Positions 9,358 to 17,240 of a stretch of 64,000 bases of DNA are shown piece after piece. A program made the position numbers and the translations under genes. Within the stretch, counting starts at the first letter, position 1; each line of letters begins with the position of its first letter. The DNA lies in IMG/VR virus record IMGVR_UViG_2775507097_000001, positions 1 through 64,000 of that record, one strand, 5' to 3'. The notes beneath the pieces are model-generated. The model searched no databases. It was not told the DNA's origin and worked only from the letters and a program-made list of their open reading frames with translations. Source of the DNA: a virus. Taxonomy: Duplodnaviria; Caudoviricetes.

Positions 9358-10019
9358 CAGCGGCGTCCTCCGTAACCACGCTCCAGGGCCAGGCGGAAGT
9401 AGTCCTCGCGGGCGCGCAGCGTGGTGCCGTTGTCCGCGTACTGCGTGACGACCTTGCCTTCGGAGGCGGCCCTGGTGTGGATTTTGTAGCGGCGGATGAC
9501 GGTCTTCGCGCGGGGCCAGCCCATGGCGTCGATGTACTCGATGGTGTCGTCGAGGTCGGCGCGGCCGTCGCGGGGGTCCCAGGCGTTGATGACGACGGTG
9601 TAGGGGAGGCCGCGGGGCACGATGACGCGTTCGATGGTGCGGGCGGTGGGGTCGAAGGCGAGGGGCTCGGGCGGCATGGGGACCAGGACGTCGTCGGCGA
9701 TGTCGAGGGCCGCGGCGAGGATGTGCTCGTTCTCGAGGCTGCCGGGGGTGTCGATGAAGATGTGCTGCCGCTGTTCGTTGTCGCCGAGGACGTCGTGGGT
9801 GACGGCGGCGAGGTTGACGGCGGTGGTGGTCTTCCCGACGCCGCCCTTCTGGTTCGCGATGACGTGGATCTGCGCGCCGAGGTTCTTCAGGTCGGCGAGG
9901 CTGTCGGAGTCTTCGTGCGCGGCCGCGAAGTCAAAGGGCAGGTTGTCGCCAACGCGGTCTGCCCACCAGATCGTTGATCCCTGTGGGTCGGTGGAGACAA
10001 CGAGGACTGAGGAAGGCAT
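9357..10019 (-). CDS. parA: ParA-family ATPase with rearranged motif order
   Basis: NQKGGVGKTT, STDPQGS, IFIDTPG; start re-called at ATG 10019 after GGAG. Confidence 0.92.
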   Translation of the reverse strand: MPSSVLVVSTDPQGSTIWWADRVGDNLPFDFAAAHEDSDSLADLKNLGAQIHVIANQKGGVGKTTTAVNLAAVTHDVLGDNEQRQHIFIDTPGSLENEHILAAALDIADDVLVPMPPEPLAFDPTARTIERVIVPRGLPYTVVINAWDPRDGRADLDDTIEYIDAMGWPRAKTVIRRYKIHTRAASEGKVVTQYADNGTTLRAREDYFRLALERGYGGRR

Positions 10020-10128
10020 GGTGCTCCGTTTCCGTGTGCTTCCCGAGCGGTGCTCGGTACTCGGACGGCCATAGCTTCTCAGATCGGTGCTGTGGGGTCG
10101 GGGATTGGGCAGGGTTTGCGCCTGGCGG

Positions 10129-10146
10129 CGTATACCGCGGTATACG
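10129..10146. promoter_or_regulatory. Candidate parS upstream of parA
   Basis: CGTATACCGCGGTATACG. Confidence 0.75.
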
Positions 10147-10197
10147 TCCATCGCCCTCGCCCGCGCGCCTCCCTCGCACAGTCCACCCCGGGCTCGG

Positions 10198-10215
10198 CGT
10201 ATACCGCGGTATACG
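10198..10215. promoter_or_regulatory. Candidate parS upstream of parA
   Basis: CGTATACCGCGGTATACG (20-bp palindrome with flanks). Confidence 0.75.
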
Positions 10216-10237
10216 CGGGAGTGGTCAACGCGGTCGG

Positions 10238-10393
10238 TCAGATGTCGTCTTCGTCCACGTCGTCCTCGTCGAGCAGGGCAAGACCTTCGGGGTACACGGG
10301 CTCCTGGAACAGCCGGTGACGCTCCCACGCGGGCGCCGGCCCGGCCTGCCGGGGCGCGGCAGGAACTTGGGCAGGGGTGGCGGTCTGCGGCAT
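10238..10393 (-). CDS. Small acidic-tailed protein (51 aa)
   Basis: MPQTATPAQ...LLDEDDVDEDDI, GAGGAG RBS; read by eye. Confidence 0.55.
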   Translation of the reverse strand: MPQTATPAQVPAAPRQAGPAPAWERHRLFQEPVYPEGLALLDEDDVDEDDI

Positions 10394-10403
10394 CGGGGGC
10401 TCC

Positions 10404-10553
10404 TCAGGCGGCGTGGGGAAGCAGGCGGCGGAGGCGGGCGTAGTCGTCCAGCCAGGCCCGTTCCTCGCGGTCCTGCTGCCGGTGCCACTCGGGGGTGAAC
10501 TCGGCGGGCGCGTCGGTGTCCTCGAGCGCAGGGTGCGGCAGGGTCTCCAGCAT
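10404..10553 (-). CDS. Small hypothetical protein (49 aa)
   Basis: MLETLPHP...RRLLPHAA with GGAG RBS. Confidence 0.55.
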   Translation of the reverse strand: MLETLPHPALEDTDAPAEFTPEWHRQQDREERAWLDDYARLRRLLPHAA

Positions 10554-10621
10554 GGGCGGCTCCGTTCGTGCGGGGTGATCGCGAACAGGCTCCCGCAGAT
10601 CTTGCGCAGTGTTCCCTCCGC

Positions 10622-11404
10622 TCAGGCGACGTCGAACGCGCGGCGCACCGGTGCCGCGTCGCCGCCGCGCTTGCGGGCGATCGCGGCCCGGCGGATCTGT
10701 TCGGCGCGGTCCAGGGTCGGGGCGGTGAGCCGCTCGAGCTCGGCGACGGCATCGGTGAACGCGGTCTCCGGCTCCCGGTTCGCGGGGTGGGTCAGGACCT
10801 GGTTCTGCCGCTCGATGGCGTCGGCGACGCGGGGGTCGGTGGGCGTGCTGCTGGCTTTGGCGGCCTGGTGGGCTTCGAAGGTGCGGCGGTAGCCGGGGGA
10901 AGCGGTCTCTCGCGTGCGCACGGGTGCAGGCGGCACGGCGGGCTCCTCGACGGCGGGGGACGGTGCGGCGGTGGCTCCGGCGGCCAGCACGCGGATCTTG
11001 CGGACCGCGGGCCGGCCGAGGCGGTCGTTGAGGTGCTTGGCCAGTTGCCGCTCGAAGAGCCGGATCTGCGTGGCGTACGCGGCGCTCGAGGGCCGGAGGG
11101 TGAGCAGGCCGTGTTCGGCGTCGTAGCCGACGGGCTGCACGGTGGTGGCGAGTTCGGTGGGGCAGATCTGCGTCCACTGGTCGATGAGTTCGCCGCCGCC
11201 GATGCTTTCCTTCCAGCCTTGTTCGGCGGTGAGGCGTTCGAGGATGCCGCCGAGGCCGATGGGGTCGCGGCCGCCGGTGCGGCTCTCGCGGACGGTGCGG
11301 CGGGTCTTGCGGGCGGGTTCGGCCGGCCGGGTCTTGGCGGCCGCGCGGGCGGCGGCGAGGGCCTGGCGGGCGAGGTCCGCGCCAGATGCGGTGGGCTCAG
11401 CCAC
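10622..11404 (-). CDS. DciA/DUF721-family helicase loader-like protein
   Basis: DLARQAL...RDPIGLGGIL...GW...QWTQI...LTLRPSSAAYATQIRLFERQL...AVRKIRV, the actinobacterial DUF721 pattern. Confidence 0.85.
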   Translation of the reverse strand: MAEPTASGADLARQALAAARAAAKTRPAEPARKTRRTVRESRTGGRDPIGLGGILERLTAEQGWKESIGGGELIDQWTQICPTELATTVQPVGYDAEHGLLTLRPSSAAYATQIRLFERQLAKHLNDRLGRPAVRKIRVLAAGATAAPSPAVEEPAVPPAPVRTRETASPGYRRTFEAHQAAKASSTPTDPRVADAIERQNQVLTHPANREPETAFTDAVAELERLTAPTLDRAEQIRRAAIARKRGGDAAPVRRAFDVA

Positions 11405-12092
11405 GGTGGTCCTCCATGCGGTAAACGCGGACGGGGATACCTGCGGTCTTGGCGCGGCTGATGCAGTCAGCGGTGCCGCGGGAGTTGTTCCGGGAGAAGG
11501 CCAGGACGAGATCGACGCCCATGTCGACCATCAGCTGGTTGCGGTAGTGACCGGCCAACGGGCAGTACTCGCCGTGCCTGGACATCTTGCGATGTGGCGT
11601 GGACGGGCAGGCCGGAGTGCAGGGGCCTGACCAGTTGGCAGGGAAGCCGTGGTGGAACACGCCGTTGTCAATGGCCCACTGCTTGGCGATGGCGTCAGCG
11701 CCGGTGGGGCAGTCGCCATGGACGACGGTGAAGTGGACTTCGGGTGAGACGGTCTGGACGGCATCGTGCCAGGCGTCCAGGAGCGCGTCAGCGACAGCTT
11801 GTTGGTCGGCCCAGGTGCGCGATCCGGTGACCAGGACGTGGACTTCCTGAATGCAGCCGATGACCTTCTTGATGATCGGCTCGGGAAGGGCGGCGTTCAG
11901 CTTCTCCGCCATCTTCAAAGCGACAAGGCGCAGCTGGGTCAGCCAGGCCTGGTTGATGCACTCAACGATCAGGATGCCGCGCGGTGCGTCGAACCCAGAC
12001 GGCGTCCACCCGTACGACCCGTGCGGCTGCCGGAGCACGGATGCCCATGCGGCCACTAGTTCAGCACTGATAGCTGACTCGGTCATGCCCAT
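11397..12092 (-). CDS. DciA-like domain fused to SLOG (YspA/DUF2493-type) domain
   Basis: N-term GILIVECINQAWLTQLRL...KLNAAL; C-term VLVTGSRTW...VVHGDCPTGADAIA...AGHYRNQLMV...SRGTADC. Confidence 0.8.
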   Translation of the reverse strand: MGMTESAISAELVAAWASVLRQPHGSYGWTPSGFDAPRGILIVECINQAWLTQLRLVALKMAEKLNAALPEPIIKKVIGCIQEVHVLVTGSRTWADQQAVADALLDAWHDAVQTVSPEVHFTVVHGDCPTGADAIAKQWAIDNGVFHHGFPANWSGPCTPACPSTPHRKMSRHGEYCPLAGHYRNQLMVDMGVDLVLAFSRNNSRGTADCISRAKTAGIPVRVYRMEDHRG

Positions 12093-13414
12093 GCTCCCTG
12101 ACGCTCGAGAAGGGCCTGCTTGCCGATGGCGTACTTACACAGGGGCTCGCCGTACAGATCGAGGGCGTCGTCCTTGTCCTCGTCGTAATGGGCAATGACC
12201 TCGGGCCAGATGTCCCAGTCCATCTGCGCTCGGGCCCGTTCCTCGGCGGTATACGCGCGCTTCGGCTCCGTCTCGGGGGCGCCGAACAGCGCTTCCAGGG
12301 CAGCGCGTGCGGCGGCCTGCTCGCGGCCCGCGGTGCTGTCCTCCCAGGCGACGGCCTGCGCCAGCTCCTGCTGGTGCTGGGTGTCCATGGCGATCCGGGC
12401 GCGGATGAACGCGACGGGGTTCTTGGGCTTCCAGCGCATGCCGGAGCACATGCCGTTGAGTTCGTCGGCGATGCGTAGACCGTCCCAGCCGCGGTCGGTC
12501 CAGGGCCGCAGGACGTACTCGAGACGGCGCAGCGGCACCTTCTGCGTCCAGTTGACGAGGGCTCGCACCAGCCGGATGGTCTGGCTGGCTTTCTGGACGT
12601 CGACCGCGGTACGGCGGCGGCCGTCGATCTGGCTGCTCTGGTGCGGGATCGGGGTCTTCGGCGGCCGAGCCTGCGAGGTGTAGTTAAAACCACCTACTAG
12701 ATCAACCTGACTCTCTTCTTTAACCACCGTTAGGGAAGGGGGCGCAAGGCTCTCCGAATCGGAGTTGTCCACAGGCGGGTTATCCACAGGCTTCTCCTGG
12801 CCCCGAAGGTCCACGATGATCCGAGCGGTGTACCCGGAGCCGACGATGCGGTGGCTCATGGCGTGGTCGTAGACCGGGGGGATGACCGCGGCGTACACGG
12901 TGGCGGTGGCCGCGTATCCGCCGAGGCCGAGCATGGGGCGCACGTTGGTGCGGGTGCCGTGCTGGACCCAGGCGAGGGCGCCCAGCTCCCGCAGATATGA
13001 CACGTGCCGCTTCACGGTGGCCTTGTCGACGCCGAGCCGGTGCGCGGTCTCGAGCATGCAGTAGCGGGCGTGCCCGGTGTCGTAGTCCATGCGTGCTGCG
13101 AGGTCTTCGGCGACGCGCAGCGTGGTGGCGTTCGCGCGGCCGTGCAGGCCGGCTGCGATCAGCCACGCGACTGCGCGAAGCCACCGACGCGGGCCGCTCC
13201 GGCGCGAGGCAGTGCACGCCACCTCTTGGGCGGCGCCGCGGACGAGAGCAACCTGGCCTGCACTGTAGTCGTACGCACGTTCGATTTCGACAGTAGGGGC
13301 GTATGTGTCCGGGGTGGATTCGGTGCGCTGGATGCCACCCGACCGGGGGGAGATTCCTCGCGAATCGCCCACGGTGGAGTTGCCAAGCTGACAAGAAGGG
13401 GTGCGGTGCTGCAC
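12083..13414 (-). CDS. Replication initiator (HTH Rep)
   Basis: HTH ETAHRLGVDKATVKRHVSYLRELGAL; internal DnaA boxes; adjacent to DciA and ParAB; likely start GTG 13414 (ORF open to 13495). Confidence 0.75.
   Translation of the reverse strand: MQHRTPSCQLGNSTVGDSRGISPRSGGIQRTESTPDTYAPTVEIERAYDYSAGQVALVRGAAQEVACTASRRSGPRRWLRAVAWLIAAGLHGRANATTLRVAEDLAARMDYDTGHARYCMLETAHRLGVDKATVKRHVSYLRELGALAWVQHGTRTNVRPMLGLGGYAATATVYAAVIPPVYDHAMSHRIVGSGYTARIIVDLRGQEKPVDNPPVDNSDSESLAPPSLTVVKEESQVDLVGGFNYTSQARPPKTPIPHQSSQIDGRRRTAVDVQKASQTIRLVRALVNWTQKVPLRRLEYVLRPWTDRGWDGLRIADELNGMCSGMRWKPKNPVAFIRARIAMDTQHQQELAQAVAWEDSTAGREQAAARAALEALFGAPETEPKRAYTAEERARAQMDWDIWPEVIAHYDEDKDDALDLYGEPLCKYAIGKQALLERQGAWA
12680..12788. 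other. Candidate replication origin: AT-rich stretch plus two DnaA boxes
   Basis: TTGTCCACA 12765-12773, TTATCCACA 12780-12788, AT-rich 12680-12733. Confidence 0.7.
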
Positions 13415-13642
13415 TATGTACCTGCCTTCGTTGATGGCCTTGCGGGAACGCAAAAGCCCTCGGTGGCGGTGAAGTGGTTCGTGGAGAACCTGCATTTCGC
13501 TCGCTCGGGTTGGCGCCCGGCGGGCCTTAGATCGGCATTGGCGTGCTGATCCGTGGTACGAGGGCCGCAGAGGCCCGGAGGTGTTTGGCGCACCAGTCCG
13601 GGACGCGGCCAGGCGGTCGAGGAATCTCCCGCCCAGAAAGCG

Positions 13643-14317
13643 CTACGTCATCTGATCTCTCTTTCGTGGTTGTCGAGCACCGTCCCCGAGGCGCGGGGTA
13701 CGGGAGTCATCGGCGGCCAGCCACCGCTCCTGGTAGGCCAGGGCGAGCGGCAGGCAGCTGTGCCGCGTGTGGAACACGGCGGTGTTGGACCCGAGGTCGG
13801 GACGAATCAGGTTGTCTCCCGGGAACAACATGCTGTGCTCCCGGGGCGTTACGGCCTGGCCGCAGCCGTGGCAGGCGCCGTGGACCAGCCGCATCTCGAA
13901 GTCGATCCGCTTACCCTCGATGGCCATCACGCGGTCCATGAACACTTCGCGGCAGGGCGGCAGGTCGCCGCAGTGGCTGCACACCGCGTAGTGCTTGGGG
14001 AGAACCAGGTACTTCCAGGACGCCGGGGCGGTCCCCACCTTCAGCGGGTCCTTGGTGCGGTCGGTCCGGTTATGGATGTACAGCGGGCGACCGTTCCACG
14101 TCTCATGGTCAGGCTCACCGGCTGCCTGCCAGGCCTGGACGAAGCTGGTCTTCCAGTTGGCGAGGTTGATTTCCTCGGTGCGGACGATGAGCAGCGGCTT
14201 GTAGTTCCACGCCACCACGGTGCCGGGGACAATCTCGGCGGCCGTGACGACGGTGGTGTCCTGCTCGTCGGGGGACCACTCGTCATACGGACGGGCGGCA
14301 TAGCCCCGGGGGCTCAT
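13643..14317 (-). CDS. Hypothetical Cys-containing protein
   Basis: CSHC...C, CHGC...H...C; normal codon usage. Confidence 0.75.
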   Translation of the reverse strand: MSPRGYAARPYDEWSPDEQDTTVVTAAEIVPGTVVAWNYKPLLIVRTEEINLANWKTSFVQAWQAAGEPDHETWNGRPLYIHNRTDRTKDPLKVGTAPASWKYLVLPKHYAVCSHCGDLPPCREVFMDRVMAIEGKRIDFEMRLVHGACHGCGQAVTPREHSMLFPGDNLIRPDLGSNTAVFHTRHSCLPLALAYQERWLAADDSRTPRLGDGARQPRKRDQMT

Positions 14318-14470
14318 CGTGTGCTGTGGGTTGAAGTGACAGGACCCGTCTGCATCGCCGGTGTGATCTTCACGGCGGTGTCCGGGGTTCGACTGTCTGA
14401 TTGCCCGGGTGTCCGGGTACGCTCTGCCATGTCGGCACCTTTACTTCGTCGCAAGCTTTGTGGTGTCGTC

Positions 14471-14560
14471 AGCCCTCGCGTTCCGGCTTCGCAAACCGGG
14501 ACCGCCACCAAGGTGGCAGCGGGGGCTTCCGACTTTGTCGGAGTGCGTCCTCCGCGCAGC
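14471..14560 (-). ncRNA. Candidate structured regulatory RNA
   Basis: Three adjacent hairpins with an outer AGCCC/GGGCU stem; segmented complementarity to rep leader 13442-13470. Confidence 0.45.
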
Positions 14561-14675
14561 CTCGCAACTGACTGCACCTCAAACGCAAGGCTCAGCCTAC
14601 CGTTTCGACTGGTCATCTGTCCCGGTCCCTTCCCTCCGTGTCTTACGTACGACTAGTCACACCGCAGTTGATGTC

Positions 14676-15119
14676 TCACGGGTGTTCACGGCCGTCCTCG
14701 CCGTCCGCGGGATGCCACTCCGGAGCCCGCTCAGCCGCCACCCGCGACTGGCCCGCCATCCCGCCCATCGCCAGGAACCCCGCCTCCGTCAACTGCCCCT
14801 GGAGACGCGCCAGCTTGTCCCGGTTGAACCGCGGCGCGTTCATCAACTGGCCCGCCCGCACCCCCACCACCAACGCCCGATCCCAAATCTCCTGCACCAC
14901 CGCCGGATCCACCCCCGGGAACAAGTCCGCCGGAAGCTTCCGCGGCGTGCCCACCGTGTCCAACTGCGCGGCCGCGATCAGCCCCGCGATATGCGCGCCC
15001 GTCGACACCGCCCGCCCGGCGAGCACGAAGTCCACCGGCGGGACGGCCGGCGGCTCGGCGGCCGAGGCGCTCGAGCTGGTGGAGGCGACGGAAGACGACG
15101 GGGTGGGGATCTGGCTCAT
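14676..15119 (-). CDS. Hypothetical protein
   Basis: Coupled ORF. Confidence 0.65.
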   Translation of the reverse strand: MSQIPTPSSSVASTSSSASAAEPPAVPPVDFVLAGRAVSTGAHIAGLIAAAQLDTVGTPRKLPADLFPGVDPAVVQEIWDRALVVGVRAGQLMNAPRFNRDKLARLQGQLTEAGFLAMGGMAGQSRVAAERAPEWHPADGEDGREHP

Positions 15120-15997
15120 GCTGCGGCCTCCAGGCGTGCGGTGCGGATGGTGGTGGGGAAGGGAAGCGGCTCAGCGACGTACGGAGCGACGAGGCGGAGT
15201 CTCGGACGCAGGGAGCGGCGCGCCGAGGCCGCGGCGGAGGGGGTCTGGCGCGGCCTCGGCCCGCGCCGCGGGGCCGGCTGGCCCGGCCACAGGTTGAGCA
15301 CCAGCTGCTGCGGGGCGCCCGCGGCGATCCGGCGCTGCCGGGCACCGTCCGTCGTCGGCGCCGCCGCGATCGGCCACTGGCCGTCCGGGACGATCCGGCA
15401 CCGGCGCGGCAGCAGATCATGCGCGGCCGCCAGCCGCAACAGCTGCTCCCGGGTCGCGGTCTCCTTGTTCAACCCCAGCAGCGTGCACAGCACCGACCGG
15501 TTCCAGTTCGCCGTCCGGACATCCATGCCCGCCCGGTACGCCACCAGCTCCTCATCCGTCTCCCGCGCCAACGCCGCCAGCACGGCCCGCTTCTGTACGG
15601 TGCGCGCCTCCGCGAGATCCTGCCGCGCGGGCAACGGCGCGTTCGCACGCCGGGCAATCAGCGCCCGATGACGGTCCAGAGCCAGCTCCCCGCCCCAGAT
15701 CCCATCCGGCTGCACCAGCTTCCCGTCCGCGGTCTCCGAGTTCGCATACGCTCGGCAGGCCTCCAGCACCGGACACGCCCTGCACACCGCCAGCGCCCGC
15801 TTCTCCCGGGCCAGCCGGTCCTTCTGCGCTTCCCCGCCATCCTCCGAAGAAGACGACCACGCATCCAACGACAACGACGCGTCCCCCAGCGCCCGGCCGG
15901 GCAGAGCCGGATCCCAGTGCGGGGCACACCCCTTGTACTTGGCGAACCGGTGCTCGTAGAAGGCGGCAGCCGCCTCGATCGGATCCAGCGTGCTCAT
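15116..15997 (-). CDS. WhiB-like transcription factor, extended
   Basis: ALAVCRACPVLEACRAYA...GIWGG. Confidence 0.85.
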   Translation of the reverse strand: MSTLDPIEAAAAFYEHRFAKYKGCAPHWDPALPGRALGDASLSLDAWSSSSEDGGEAQKDRLAREKRALAVCRACPVLEACRAYANSETADGKLVQPDGIWGGELALDRHRALIARRANAPLPARQDLAEARTVQKRAVLAALARETDEELVAYRAGMDVRTANWNRSVLCTLLGLNKETATREQLLRLAAAHDLLPRRCRIVPDGQWPIAAAPTTDGARQRRIAAGAPQQLVLNLWPGQPAPRRGPRPRQTPSAAASARRSLRPRLRLVAPYVAEPLPFPTTIRTARLEAAA

Positions 15998-16281
15998 AGA
16001 GCAGGCCCCCCTTCCGGGTTGTGGTGTGTAGCGAGAGCGGTGTCCAGGACCAGATCCGCGGCATCCAGGACCGCCCGGTCCTCGAGCACCGCGTGAAAGC
16101 GGACGCTGAACGCTTCGATGTCACGGATGTGCGCGGCGCCCTCGAGACGCCGAACGGCGCGCTCCGCGAGCAGAGCGCGCCGCAACTTGCGATGCCGGCG
16201 CACAGCGAGCGCACCGAACAGAGCCGCCGCGGTGAGGGCCGCGGCAACGGCTATCGGACGTAGGGGCATAGCGGCCTTCAC
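15994..16281 (-). CDS. Small membrane-anchored protein
   Basis: Hydrophobic IAVAAALTAAALFGALAV then RRHRK. Confidence 0.65.
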   Translation of the reverse strand: MKAAMPLRPIAVAAALTAAALFGALAVRRHRKLRRALLAERAVRRLEGAAHIRDIEAFSVRFHAVLEDRAVLDAADLVLDTALATHHNPEGGPAL

Positions 16282-16320
16282 CTCCAGGGCAGGGGCAGGA
16301 ACGGACGGGGAGTCGATCGG

Positions 16321-16662
16321 TCAGGGGTGGAACAGGGCGTTGCGCTTCGCGGCCTCCGCCATCCGGGCCGCCGTATACCGAGCGGCCTCCTCGGCACCGA
16401 CCCGAACGTCCGGGTACTCCCGAAGCCGCTCGCGCGGCGTGCGCAACGTGCCGGTCTCGGCCATCTCGGCCGCGTCAAGCACCGCGTCGTCATGCCTGCG
16501 CTGCTCACGCCTCGGCAGAGACCGCCAGGACCGCATCCGAGCGACGTGCTCGGGAACGCTCGGGCGGCGCTTCTCCCACCAGAACGCGACGGGGACGCCG
16601 ACCACGGCGACGACCAGGACAGCGGGGATCAACAGACGGACCAGAAGTTCGGATGTGGACAT
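16321..16662 (-). CDS. Membrane-anchored hypothetical protein
   Basis: LLIPAVLVVAVVGVPVAFWW; start re-called. Confidence 0.65.
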   Translation of the reverse strand: MSTSELLVRLLIPAVLVVAVVGVPVAFWWEKRRPSVPEHVARMRSWRSLPRREQRRHDDAVLDAAEMAETGTLRTPRERLREYPDVRVGAEEAARYTAARMAEAAKRNALFHP

Positions 16663-16742
16663 GGCGGAGCTCCGTTCGGCGATAGCCGGATGTGGGTGGT
16701 GGTGCGGAAGCCCCGTGGGGTGGGCTGGACGTGATGGCCGCG

Positions 16743-17240
16743 CTACGCGGCGGTGCTCAACCGGATGAACCAGGTGACCGCCAAGTCGGCAGCCGTGCAC
16801 GGCTCACACGGGATCTCATAGTGCGCGGTATGCCACTGATACCCGCTGCGCGTCCCGCACTCGGGACGCTCGGCCGCGGTGGCGTGGACGCGGCGAGGCG
16901 AGTGGTAGCGGTTGCTCTTCGCCGCCTGGCGCGCCACGTCGACCTCCGGCGCAGAACGCCGCGGCTTGGCTACAGCCTTCCGGCGCGACCGGCGCGGCAT
17001 CTGGCCGTTCTGAACGATGTACCGCTCCCGGCCGTCCAAGCCCCCGCGGATCCCCTCACGGTCCGACGGACGCAACCTCTTCTCATCCACCAGAGTGGCG
17101 GACAAACACGCCTCCCTGACCGGACAGCCAGCGCATGCGGCCCGGGCGCGAGCCTCCTGCTCTGTCGCCCCCTTGGACGGGTAGAACAGCGCCTGGTCCA
17201 GTTTCCGGCATGCGGCCCGCTCCTCCCACCCGGCGGCCAT
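16743..17240 (-). CDS. WhiB-family transcription factor with C-terminal Cys/His motif
   Basis: WEERAACR...FYP...ACAGCPVREACL...GIRGGL; CGTRSGYQWH...CEPC. Confidence 0.9.
   Translation of the reverse strand: MAAGWEERAACRKLDQALFYPSKGATEQEARARAACAGCPVREACLSATLVDEKRLRPSDREGIRGGLDGRERYIVQNGQMPRRSRRKAVAKPRRSAPEVDVARQAAKSNRYHSPRRVHATAAERPECGTRSGYQWHTAHYEIPCEPCTAADLAVTWFIRLSTAA

Noticed and set aside
14314-14616. 100-aa ORF spanning the structured RNA
   Set aside because: Atypical codon usage; may be a leader peptide (or shorter ORF from 14430) but cannot be supported as a protein
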